Below are positions 1 through 10,980 of a DNA stretch of 64,000 bases, in pieces (position 1 is the first letter of the stretch; every line of letters begins with the position of its first letter). The notes under the pieces are model-generated. The model did no database searches. It saw only the letters and a program-made list of their open reading frames with translations, and was not told the DNA's origin. The DNA is from Vicugna vicugna (lineage: Eukaryota), in the NCBI GenBank assembly GCA_013265495.1, contig MU058781.1:910963-974962 (forward strand). Direction: 5' to 3'. Both the position numbers and the translations under genes were made by a program.

Positions 1-1669
1 TTTGCAGAATAAAAGAAGGGAGGGGAGTGAGCATATAGCATGAACTCAAGCGCCCACACTAGAGAGCCTGAGTATGAGAAACAGAGAGAGGTTACCGATG
101 GGCTTCTGGCAAGTGGTCCATAGTGAACTGATCTGGACCCAAAGCAATGAGCCATTTGGGTTACGATAATTCAGTTTACTGGAGCTGACGCAATGTACCA
201 TCCAAATTTCTAAAATAGGTCTGTTCCTGTACCAGCATATCATAAGATGCATAGTCCATTTTTGCCTCTCAGAACACAGAATACCCATAATTAGGTGATA
301 ATTTAGGGGAGGGCAAAACTTGTTTAGCTATATATTAACTATAAAATTTTCAGAATTTGTTTTCTACGTAGTAAATAATATTTTGTCTTTAGTAAGGAAA
401 ATTGTAAAGAAGATTGATTCAGAAGTGGAAAATCTTTGATTATCTTATACCTATTCCCTAGACAATGAATATGCTCATAATATTCTCATCAAAATCTGTC
501 TTTAAATTATTTGAATCTAAATTAATTTTCCTAAGTAATAAATGACAGCAGCTAAAAGTTATAAGGCTATTTGGCACTATTAAGACAATGGTTAAGAATT
601 CACCAGCACCCCAAAAACTAATTAACTCAAGTACCAATCCTTTAGATTTGTGTACAGCTTCCAGGAATAGGAATGCTTAAACAAATATAACTGACATTTA
701 AATTGTGGTTTCTCATTCTTTTTATATTATAAAGAAATATGTATGCAGACCATAGGTCTTTTAGATTATTCAGATAAAGAATTTAGTATCAAAGGATCCA
801 TGTAAAGTCAACAGAGGCTTTACTTGGAAGGTTATGAGGAACTCTGCAAAGCCAAACATGCAGTAAATGTTCTGAGAGGTATCAGTGGCCTTCAGAGTTT
901 CTCCCATGTGCCAATGCCTATAGATGGCCATTATTAAAAATTGGGTAAAAGGGTAAATTTTAAAAAAGAATCTCTAGAAAAGAGCATCTCAATCTATCAC
1001 ATCATAAGCAACTTTGTAAAATTATACACAGGAAACGATGGAAAAAAATGTATCAAAAGATTAACAATGCTTTGTTGCGATGGTGAGACAATTGGTGTTT
1101 TTTAATTTATGTTTTGATTCTTTTTAAATTTTTTAAACTAAATAACATATATTCTTCCTATAATAAGGAAAAAGATCATTAAAAAGATGCATACTTTTTT
1201 TACAGCCACAAAATTCAAAGTAATTACAGCCAGCTGAAGAACTTCATTGAACAGAGGCAAGGAACCAGTGTCCCAGTCAACTCCCCACTTCACGTGGAAG
1301 AAGAGTGGGAAGAAAGTGGGTGGGGAGAATGAGGAAAAGAGAATTTTAGACAAGCTTTCCTAGAAATTTCCCAAAACGGCATTGTGTATCCAAGGATTAC
1401 TCTTTGTCTCTTGTTTGTTCTTGGTGTGAAGAAACAAGTATAACAATTTACAGCAAAATTAGGTCTCCCTATTATGGAGAAAATATTTCCCTAAAAGTCA
1501 AATAATTCCTCGGCTGGTCTTCATGACAGCTGTTAGACACAACAGAGATTTCTACCTTAGACGTGGAGACATGATTCTAACTTCTCTTCTTTACCCATGT
1601 TCTTAAAGCTTAATCATACACCAAGGAGACTGGAGGCTGAACACTCTGAAGAACAAAAGGACTGGGGGT

Positions 1670-1812
1670 GGGGAGGGTATAGCTCAAGTGGTAGAGTGCA
1701 TGCTTAGCATGCACAAGGTCATGGGTTCAATCCCCAGTACATCCTCCAAAAATAAATAAACTTAGTTACCTCCTCCCTGCCAAAATAAATAATACAATAA
1801 CAAATAAGTAAA
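1670..1812 (+). mobile_element. tRNA-Ala-derived SINE (camelid Vic-1 type)
   Basis: Head GGGAGGGTATAGCTCAAGTGGTAGAGTGCATGCTTAGCATGCAC...GGGTTCAATCCCCAGTAC with A/B-box-like motifs, followed by an A-rich tail. Confidence 0.9.
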
Positions 1813-1821
1813 ATATTACAC

Positions 1822-1928
1822 AGGAATATGTGTGCATATTCGGGACTGGGACATTGTGAAGCTGTACACCAGAAATTGACACATTATAATTGACTGTAGT
1901 TCAATAAATAATAATAATTAAAAAAAAG
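1822..1928 (+). mobile_element. Short L1 3'-end fragment with poly(A)
   Basis: gactgggacattgtgaagctgtacaccagaaattgacacattataattgactgtagttcaataaa... matches the reverse complement of the L1 3' end at 10552-10630 and ends in an A-rich tail. Confidence 0.75.
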
Positions 1929-1943
1929 ATTGAAACACCTTAC

Positions 1944-2107
1944 CTGAGACAGTACAAATACAAAATCAAAGATGAAATGACGAACAGGAGGATGTAAAGT
2001 AGCACCGTGAGCATCACACCAAGAATCCCTGATTGCATGGTTCTTTCAAACATCCAGTAGAGCTTTGCTGCGTCAGCTACAGGAGTCTCCCCGCTGTGGG
2101 CAAGCCG
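1944..2107 (-). CDS. OFCC1: OFCC1 internal coding exon (164 nt, phase 0 to 2): RLAHSGETPVADAAKLYWMFERTMQSGILGVMLTVLLYILLFVISSLILYLYCL(R); fourth TM segment
   Basis: Acceptor tatttccttttgtcag|CGG and donor CTCAG|gtaagg. The open frame continues directly from ...DTVLG. I found no further downstream exon in 1-1943, so the next one is probably left of the window. Confidence 0.93.
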
Positions 2108-2214
2108 CTGACAAAAGGAAATACAAAGTAAGAAAAAAATTAGGGTGGAAAGTTAGTTAGATCATCAAGTTAGGTTAATTTAAATACACAAAGACCATAT
2201 GATAGTATGATTCG

Positions 2215-2363
2215 TTTTGGGGTTTTTTTTGTTTTCTATTTTGGGGGTTCTTTTGGAGGTAATTAGGCTTATTTATTTTGTTTTAATGGAGGTACTGGGG
2301 ATTGAACCCAGGACCTCGTGCATGCAAGGTATGTACTCTACCGCTGAGCTATACCTTCCCCCC
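2215..2363 (-). mobile_element. tRNA-Ala-derived SINE (Vic-1 type)
   Basis: The reverse complement reads GGGGGAAGGTATAGCTCAGCGGTAGAGTAC...GGGTTCAATCCCCAGTACCTCCA plus a tail, which is T-rich on the + strand. Confidence 0.9.
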
Positions 2364-3429
2364 TGTTTTCAAATTAAATTTTCAAGGTGCTGAAGATCAC
2401 CAGATCTTCAGCTGCATGAAGGAAAAGAAAAAGACTAGGTTCGTGTGGTTGGTTTACCAGGATTTTCTCATTTTTCCCTATAAGCATTTAAATGTGTGCT
2501 CCACATGCAATTCATAAAGTAAAAGCCATGTTTTATTTATGTACTATTAACTTCTGAATTTAATAAGCACAAGCTATGCAGAAATTAAACATGATGGTGG
2601 AAAGATTCTTTTCTTTCTGAAGCAGATTTGAAAGGAGTTTAATTTGTGCCATGCATAAAATAGATGGCTTATTTTAGAAACTTATAAAAAAAAGTTATCA
2701 GGCTATTTAATGTGAGCTTAAAAACCAAAGTTTACATTAGGTCAGTTTAATAATGTCTTTATTTCAGACAAGGGAAAACATATTCTATATTGGGTTAGAA
2801 ATAAATACAGGCAATGAGATCTTTAAAAGCAAATATAAAATGCTACGTACCTAAGGCATTATCATGGGGCATCTTTGACCTTTTGAGTTTTATAAAACAT
2901 GAATGTTCTTTAATTACGACTCTCATGATCTAGTGGAAGTGGAAGTCTTATGTAATAAAAATGTAAATAAGGTATTTTTTACCCAATGTAAGAGAGAAAA
3001 AAGAATTTCTCTACTCTTTAAACTGACAATTATATAAATATAGCTTAATAGGGCACTTTAAAACTAACCCGTGGTACACATGTATAGATAAAAACAGAAG
3101 CCTAGAGATGTTAAGTTGTATTTACTCCACACCAAAAAGTCCATTAGTCATTGGGCAGTGATATAATTCAGACGTTCTGACACTCAACTACTGCTTCCTC
3201 CACCACACCAAAACTTTTATTTTTATGTTCTGTACTGGTTAATCGGTCTACCTTGCAAAATGTGAGTCTGTTGCTAGGATTTTAAGCAGCAGATCTATAG
3301 CGGTGGTCATGTGTTTCCCCTACTTCAGATCTTTAAAAGTAAAAAATAGAGATACGGGATTCACTGATGAAACACACACAAAAAATGACGTATGTTTGAT
3401 GCCAATAACATAATCTAATTAATAGATGC

Positions 3430-3639
3430 TAATTGTTCATCTGCCCCCCACATATGGTATCGAATGCCTATTATGCATCATTAAGCTCTGAAGATAAAAG
3501 AGTGAATAAAATCACACAAAAGCCCTACCTTCCTGGAACTTTCATTTAAGTGGGGGTGGATGGTAGAAAACAAGTGATAGTAAGCATGTAAGATTAAGTA
3601 ACATACAATGGTATATTAATTAGAGAACAAAAATTTAAA

Positions 3640-3681
<42 letters not shown>

Positions 3682-3930
3682 GTAATTAGGTTTATTTGTT
3701 TATTTTCCAGTGGAGGTACTGGGGATTGAACCCAGGACCTCATGCATGGCAGACACTCTACTACTGAGCTATACCCCTCCCCAAAGAATGAAATTAAAAA
3801 AAATAAATAAAAAGCAGGGAAAAATTATAGGAGCAGTGGGGTGTGTTATTAAATATTTCAATCAGAAAAGGCATCACGAAAAAGGCACCATCTGAGCAAA
3901 GACCTGAAGGGTGTAAGGGAATGAGCCATC
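3430..3930 (-). mobile_element. L2 fragment interrupted by a Vic-1 SINE
   Basis: L2-like motifs (gaatgcctattatgc; ccctaccttcctggaactttcatt; atctgagcaaagacctgaagg) on both sides of the SINE. Confidence 0.55.
3641..3782 (-). mobile_element. tRNA-Ala-derived SINE (Vic-1 type) with (TTA)n tail microsatellite at 3641-3680
   Basis: tggaggtactggggattgaacccaggacctc...ctgagctatacccctccc, with the tail expanded into TTA repeats. Confidence 0.9.
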
Positions 3931-4149
3931 TGCCTCCCAGGTGGCACTGACCCCACGCGGCCCTACTACATCTGTGTGCGTGTAGATTTTGATTCCTCGA
4001 CTAGAGCATCTAAGTTCCTGCTCGGACCCCTGGGGCAATGGTTGCTACCTCTTGTATCCCCTGCAGAGCATTAGTATCCTCACATACTACAATCCTCATG
4101 CTTGTTCATTTGATACGTATTGCACGTTAGGTTGTTCCGTTTATCCCCA

Positions 4150-4350
4150 GTTGGTCTCTCATTTGATTCTCTCAACAATACTGTGAAATGACTAAGGTAG
4201 GTGTTACTGTTTCTGAATATTCTTACTGTTTTGTAATGCAGATGACGAAACTGAAGACTGGAGAGGTTGACTTGTCCAATGTCATATAGCTGACAAACGG
4301 CAGAGCTGGGACAGAACCAGTTCCCTCGACCCCGAGTCTCTGCTCTAATA
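4150..4350 (-). mobile_element. MIR SINE
   Basis: Core cagatgacgaaactgaagactggagaggttgacttgtccaatgtcatatagctg...ggcagagctggga. Confidence 0.7.
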
Positions 4351-4858
4351 TGCCACAGTCACTTCAGATGGATTCTCAAGACTTCTTTGCTGAGTGAAAA
4401 CACTTGCATTCTACTTGTGATCTTTGTTCTTACAGTTTATTCTTATCTGCCTCTACTGAGGCCAAGAACAGTGCCCTATTTATTCTGTATCTTTTAAAAT
4501 CCTGTGCAGAGAGCAAATACATGCTGATCAATTAAAAGATTCAATAGCAAATCTTTCCTCTACTTTTTATCTAGATCAGGGCCCAGTTAGAGAATGAATT
4601 TACAAACTCAATGGAATTATTGAGTAGAGTATCATTAATGGGGGTCAGGGGACTGCACTGCCAACCTTTGAGCCAGCCAACTGAGACTGGCAAACTGTTC
4701 TTAGCAACATCAACAATCAATCAATGCTTCAGTCTCAAATCATTCTGCCACATCTGCTTCTAGATTTACATGAGAAAAATGAATCCATAATAAAAACTAT
4801 CAGTAAAATTAGGTAGCATCTCTCTTGGCTCGCTGACTGAGATCAAAAAATCATGTCA

Positions 4859-5403
4859 GTGGAAGCAACCTAAATATCCATCGACAGATGACTGGATAAA
4901 GACGTGGGGGGTTTGTGTGTGTGTGTGTGATGGAATATTATTCAGCCATGAAAAAGAATGAAAAGAATGAAATAATGCCATTTGCAGGAACATGGGTGAA
5001 CCTAGAGATAGATGATTATACTAAGCAAAGTAAGTCAGACAGAAAAAGAACAAATATATGATATCACTTATATCACTTATATAAAAATGATACAAATAAA
5101 CTTATTTACAAAACAGAAATAGACTCACAGACATAGAAAACAAACTTATGGTTACCAAAGAGGAAAGATGGGGGAGGGATATATTAGGCATTTGGGATTA
5201 ACAGATACACACTAGTACGTATAGAATAGATAAACAAGGTCCTATTGTATGGTGCAGACAACTATATTCAATACCTTGTAGTAACTATAATGGAAAAGAA
5301 TCCAAAAAAGTAGGTATTTATGTATGTATAACTGAATCACTTTGCTGTACACCTGAAACTAACACAACACTGTAAATCAGCTATACTTCAATTAAAAAAA
5401 AAC
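4859..5403 (+). mobile_element. L1 3' end (end of ORF2 plus 3'UTR, 5'-truncated)
   Basis: tggaagcaacctaaatatccatcgacagatgactggataaag...aataatgccatttgcag...gctgtacacctgaaactaacacaacactgtaaatc, then poly(A). Confidence 0.9.
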
Positions 5404-5547
5404 CAGAAAAAGAGGAATTTTAAAAATCAGATGATTCTCAGCTTTATTCACTAGAAGGAAGTGTTGAAAGAACTGGAGGCAGGAACTCGGGTAGCCACAA
5501 CCTCACGAGTGACACTGAATCCAGGATAACGATGATGCCGCATGGAG

Positions 5548-5754
5548 CCGTAGTTCTCCAACTGTAACGTGCAGGAAAATCATCTGGAGGTCTCATTAGA
5601 ACCCAAAGCCCCTTCCCAGAGGCTGGCCCCCTTCCCAGAGTTTTTGCTTCAGTGGTGAGTGAGGCGCAGGGCTTGAGATTTTTGTATTTTTTGTTTTAAG
5701 CTCCTAGGTGAAACTAACGCTATTCATCTAGGGACCTAATTTTGAGAACCACTG
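5548..5754. mobile_element. MER5-type hAT DNA transposon remnant
   Basis: Degenerate terminal inverted repeats ccgtagttctccaact ... ttttgagaaccactg. Confidence 0.65.
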
Positions 5755-7052
5755 CTTTGGAGCAGCTCTCACACTTCAGCATGCTGTTAAATCACTGAAG
5801 AGCGTGTTAAAATGCATGTTTTTATTTCAATCGGTGAGAGTATCCAACTATGGACTCCGGCGCTGCTGATCAGTGGGCCACAAGCAGCTTTCGCATTTTT
5901 TAAAAACCAGCAAAAGTAGGTGCCGTCTGCGGTGAAACGTGGAGTCTAACAGGAGAACTGTCTTCGTGCAGATGGGGAACGAGCCTTCAGCTTTTCCTTC
6001 CAAGTGAAGAAAGATATGGGTGTTCTGCTCCTCTGCCGGGATCCAGGTCGGCTTCCATCCGCTTACAGACCTCTGCACGGGTTCTCATGTGGCCCACCTG
6101 GAGGCTGCTTTCCCATCGGTTACCTCAGAGGCCCCAGGGTAAATTCGGGCAGCTCGTCTTGTCAGCTGCCTTTGACGCAGTGCGCCGTTCCACTGTTAAG
6201 CTTCTCAGGGACCCGACTGGGAGAAGGAAAGCAGCAGACTTTCCTCAGGAGAAGATTTCGGAAGAGCATAAAGGACGTCCTTCCCCGAAGGCTTCCTGTG
6301 TGGCGCTGCAATAGGACCAGATGCGCATCCCGCCTACGGGCCTCTGGGGGGACCTGTGACATGCCGCGGGACGTGGTCCTGCTGGAATGCAGGCAGCATC
6401 CTTCTCCACATCTCCTGCTCAACAAACCTTGACGGCACTGTCCCTTCCTTGAGAACCTGGAGTCTGAGAGAAGCAGGAATGTGGGGAAAAAGTCCAACTG
6501 GATCCAGCTCAGTCCACTCAGAGCCAGAATGAGGCTCATCAGAGGGTGAAAGAACTGAGGATGGGGTGGAAAACACAACCACGTCTGACGGACAGGGCGC
6601 CCGCTTCTGCCGTGTCGTCAAGGTGTTCCCTGCTACTGAGGCTTCCGAGGGAGAGCGAAGGCTAGCACGTGAGGACAAGCCTTCCCAGCACAGGCACACT
6701 TCCCCTGGCACACGGCTCAACCTCCAATCCTCAGCCGAAGGCTAGAAACTAGATCCACTGGTAGGCTCGAAGTACACTGCTTTTGGTTCATCGTATTAAC
6801 GTTAAACGATCCACACGGTTGTGTAGCTTTTGAGAATCACTGCTTTTAGTTCAATAATGTTAAATAATCTGCACGGAGGTCATTCCACTCGGAAGTGAGA
6901 AGTCAGAATTCTCACACAAAGCCTCAAAAGCCATCAGTGGACTCAGCACAGCAAGGACCCCAGTCTGGTGGAGGGCAGCCCGGGAACCCTAGGCAAGCGA
7001 ACGCCAGCCTAGCAAACAGCAAAGGGAAGGGAAAGGCCTTCTCAGAAAGTGC

Positions 7053-7215
7053 CCAGCATCTTGTCACAGGGTGGTCTGGTCCACGGAACCAGCATCCTTG
7101 GCACCATCTAGGAGTCTGTTGAAGTGCAGCATCTCAGGCCCTACCTGCTGAATCAGTTTGCCTTTTAGTGAGATCCCCAGGTGACTCACAAGCACATCAG
7201 AGCTGGAGACACGCT
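7053..7215. mobile_element. MER5A1-like DNA transposon remnant
   Basis: ggtggtctggtccacggaaccagcatc...gcagcatctcaggccctacctgctgaatcag...agatccccaggtgactc. Confidence 0.6.
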
Positions 7216-7501
7216 GCTGCAGCACAGCATGGCCTAAGAGAAATGAGAGGGCAGCGGGCTTTGCGGACCCCAGCTGCCTCCCACTGCACCCAGGACCACA
7301 TCTCCACCGGTGCAGCTGGGATGCAGTTTGGTCTCCAGTTCCAAAAGCACATTATCAATGGTGGAATCCATTTCAAATACAGTTAACAAGCAGAGTTCAT
7401 CAAAACATCCCATCCCTACGATCGACTAGGCTCAATGAATATAGTCTACACACATATATACTAGTTGTAAACCTTTATTTTCTTCTTAAAGGAGGAATAG
7501 A

Positions 7502-7614
7502 GGGGAGGGCATAGCTCAGTGGTACAGCGCATGCTTAGCATGCACGAGGTCCTGGGTTCAGTCCCCAGTACCTCCATTAAACTAAGTAAATAAGTAAACC
7601 TAATTGCCTACTGA

Positions 7615-7665
<51 letters not shown>

Positions 7666-7757
7666 GGAGAGAGAAAGGGAGAGAGAGAGAAAGGGAGAGA
7701 GAGAGAAAGAGGAAGGAAGGAAGGAAGGAAGGAAGGAAGAAAGAAAGGAAGAAAGAA
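7502..7757 (+). mobile_element. tRNA-Ala-derived SINE (Vic-1 type) with tail expanded into a (GAAA)n/(GA)n/(GGAA)n microsatellite
   Basis: Head GGGGAGGGCATAGCTCAGTGGTACAGCGCATGCTTAGCATGCACGAGGTCCTGGGTTCAGTCCCCAGTACCTCCA, then a purine repeat at about 7613-7757. Confidence 0.9.
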
Positions 7758-8189
7758 ATGGGGATAATTTTATAAAATTTTATATTGATATATTTATACC
7801 ACCCATCTGTTTTCTCGCTTGGGGTTTATATTTCATAGCCAGGTCTAAAGTACAAAAATGCAGTTAAAATTCAGATTTCCTTTCCCTCTGTCTGTTAAAA
7901 TTGCTTTAAAATCGGTGACTCCAAATTGAAGGGTTTTTTTGACTGGAATTATTGTATTGTTTTTCTTATATCTTTAAATTGGCTTTGCTAATCTGATTTA
8001 AAGCTTTTGGCAACTTCAATGAAACTCAGACAAAGTAACTAAATGGCAGATAGTGGGGGGTGGTTAATAGGAAAGACAATAAAGCTTTCCCATTAACTCT
8101 TCCCTTGCCGGAGCGTGGCTCTTTCAAGCTGCACTGGCATTCCTAATCTTCCAGCAAGCTCCCCAGGTGGCTCCACGCAGCTGTGCTGT

Positions 8190-8371
8190 CAGTGGTTCTC
8201 AAACTGTGCCCCCTAGACCCACAACAGCAATGTCATCTGTTGTTAGAAATGCAGATTCTTGGGTCTCACCACAGATCTGCCGAAACAGAAACTCTGGGGT
8301 CAGGGCCCATCGTGTTTTTTTAACAAGACTTGCAATAGATTCCGATGCAAATTAAAGTTTGAGAACCAGTA
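8190..8371. mobile_element. MER5A hAT DNA transposon
   Basis: TIRs cagtggttctcaaact ... agtttgagaaccagt, with internal gttagaaatgcagattcttggg. Confidence 0.85.
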
Positions 8372-8599
8372 CGTTCCAGCAACACTCACCAGGAACTTCT
8401 AGGCCTTGCAAACTCAAAGCAACAAAGACATTTGGATGTGGCAATAAATTCACACGAATATCCACGTTAATTCTGCCTCAAATCATAGCCCCAGCTTTTA
8501 CTAGTAAGTTAAATATTTTGAGGCAGTCAAATAACTGTCATCAGGAAAGAGATACATTTGATTTCACAAAAGAATATACCAATTTAAACTTGATGTAGA

Positions 8600-8840
8600 G
8601 ATTTTAGTGTAATGGAAAAAACACCAGCCTCAGAATTCACAAGTCTGGGTTTTAGACCTAATTACCGTGTGTGCTGTGGCACCAGACAAGTTATGTAATT
8701 GTGTGTCTGGTGTCTCCCAGCGCTAAAGTGGGAAGCATACTTGTCCCAACAACCCATGGTGTTATTGTAAATATGCAGTCAAATAAATTGTGTGAAGGTG
8801 CTTGGGAAGTACACAGTACTCTCCCAATATTAGAATCATT
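8600..8840 (+). mobile_element. MIR SINE (degenerate)
   Basis: gtctgggtttt...gacaagttatgtaa...ggttgttattgtaaatatgcagtc...tgtgaaggtgcttgg. Confidence 0.55.
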
Positions 8841-9471
8841 ACCACCATTTTTTGTACATAATCATGTATGCTAGTACATCATTCATGGTCATGAAGCCCT
8901 AAAACTACATATTTTAGAATGAAAATGCACTGTTTTGTCATTTCATAAACATCACAAATGTCAAGATAAATGCCTATGGAGTCATTTTTAAATCCATGTA
9001 CTACTTAGAAATGTTTACAAAGCTCTTATTCTCCTTGAATAGATTTGTTATGGAAGAGTACACATCAAAAGGAAATAACCTTACCAATTAAAGGAACAAC
9101 TGAACTGCATGACTATCTTTTTATAAAGTTAGGCTGCGAAAATCCTTAACCTTAAAAAAAAAGTTACCAAAAATGTTACAAAATAAAACTTCTTTGTGAT
9201 CATTTTGAAAATGTACCAGTTAGTTTGAATTTGATCTCCAACATTATTTTCTACTTATTTTGCAAGTGTCTGTTTAACATAGTTAAAATTACACTTAAAA
9301 TGATTGTTAGATATCCATAATTTTTAACTATGAGAAAAAATTGAGTAACTTCAATTTAAGGTGAATTTTGAATTGGTCATGATTATTGAAACTTCCCGTG
9401 TCAACTGATTTGTGCACTAAGGCTACATTCTATGTCAAGGACTCATATTCAGATTATTGTACTTGACTTAC

Positions 9472-9724
9472 CCCCAGGACAGTATCCACAATAAACACTG
9501 CCAGTGGGTCCAGAACCGTCCATAGTCCCATGGTAATGATTAGCTTTGACAGGACGTCAGGGCACGAGGCAAACAGTAGCTGACAGCCCCATCTGATCAG
9601 AACCAAGGGAAGTATCGCTGTGTTCAGCATCAAAGGCCCCACCACAACCACAAGCAACTCCTCTCCGATGTCAAGTGAAGAGGCTGGGTAGCAGAGCTCA
9701 ACTGTGAGAGGGGAAAAGTGGAAC
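9472..9724 (-). CDS. OFCC1: OFCC1 internal coding exon (253 nt, phase 2 to 0): FHFSPLTVELCYPASSLDIGEELLVVVVGPLMLNTAILPLVLIRWGCQLLFASCPDVLSKLIITMGLWTVLDPLAVFIVDTVLG; two TM segments
   Basis: Acceptor ttttcccacag|G and donor CTGGGG|gtaagt. Lies inside ORF 9454..9882(-). Phases fit both neighbouring exons. Confidence 0.95.
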
Positions 9725-10551
9725 CTGTGGGAAAACAAAGCCATCACATGTGTGCAAAGGAGGAGGATTGTCACAAATGCTGCCGATACAAAACATGTTA
9801 AAGAATGATATGCTTTCTTTTTTGTAACACAGGAAACTTGACACTGAATAGGATCCCCCAAATTCCACGTTAGAGTCTTCACCTTTTTCTCAGTACCACC
9901 TCAGCAGCTCACTCTCAGGAAAAGGCAAAGTCCACCTGGTTCCTTGTTCTTGTAAATTTCCCATGCAGTCATAGCAAGGAGATCAGTTTTATCCACTGAG
10001 CAGAGCATTCTTTACACTAAAAACTACCCGGCAGTTCACACAGACTCACTGACAGGCTATTTGAAATGCAAAATATACCAGTGGACTTAGTAAAGGCTCC
10101 ATCTTCAACAGAAATCAGAAATACAAATAAATCTCATAATTCTTCAGAATTTTGGCATAGCTGATTCATTTTGCTAGTGATTCCTCTACCTACACCCCTA
10201 AATACAGCAATGGCACTGTTAACAAACAAAAACACCTAAAGGGACCACCTGACAGCAGCTAAGGAGCTCAGGGCTGAATCCAGGGTAGCCTAGTAATTCA
10301 AACAGCCTTGACCCAGCTGTTGGTACCATCTTTCCATGAAAGGTGAGCCTTCATTGACTCTCGTTTTTCCTCTCCTGTTTTTCAGCCTTATAAAGCTATT
10401 GTGTAGTTAATCCTGCTTGGGCATTCTTGCTTATCAGCTCTCAACTAAAAAGAGTTCTTCATTTTATCCATTCCTTGACCTTTGCTTTGAAGGAAAGTTT
10501 TACGCTTTGTTCATATGCTGCTGTGGGTATCAAATAATGTGTGTCTATTTC

Positions 10552-10980
10552 TTTTTTTTTATTAATTGATGTACAGTCAGTTACAATGTCAACTGCTGGT
10601 GTACAGCACCATGTCCCAGTCATGCATATACATATTTGTTTTCATATTATTTTTCATTAAAGGTTATTACAAGATATTGAATATAGTTACCTGTGGTATA
10701 CAGAAGAAATATGTCTTTTTAATCTATTTTTATATATAGTAGCTAACATTTGCAAACCTCAAACTTCCAAATTTATTTCTTCCCACACCCCGCTTCCCCT
10801 GGTAACCATAAGATCGTTTTATTATGTCGTGAGTCTGTTCCTGTTTAGTAGATGAGTTCATTAGTGTCCTCTTTTTTTTTTTTTAAAGATTCAACATATG
10901 AGTGATATCATATGGTATTTTTCTTTCTCTTTCTGGCTTACTTCACTTAGAATGACAATCTCTAGGTCCATCCATGGTGC
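10552..10980 (-). mobile_element. L1 3' end, 5'-truncated
   Basis: Poly(T), then the reverse L1 3'UTR and tctggcttacttcacttagaatgacaatctctaggtccatccatg. Flanked by a short direct repeat atttctt. Confidence 0.9.

Noticed and set aside
46..288. 80-aa minus-strand ORF as the next OFCC1 exon
   Set aside because: No convincing acceptor and no resemblance to the OFCC1 sequence I would expect after ...LYLYCLR.
6004..6720. Overlapping 128-142 aa ORFs on both strands
   Set aside because: No recognisable homology or splice structure. Explained by high local GC and few stop codons.
7505..7576. Apparent tRNA-Ala(AGC) gene (similar heads at 1670, 2290, 3710 and 62620)
   Set aside because: The T-loop reads GTTCAG rather than GTTCGA, the D-arm is mismatched, and the shared SINE tail follows. 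Five dispersed, diverged copies indicate SINEs, not tRNA genes.
9725..9882. N-terminal part of ORF 9454..9882
   Set aside because: It lies upstream of the cag acceptor at 9725, so it is intronic read-through. Only 9472-9724 is exonic.
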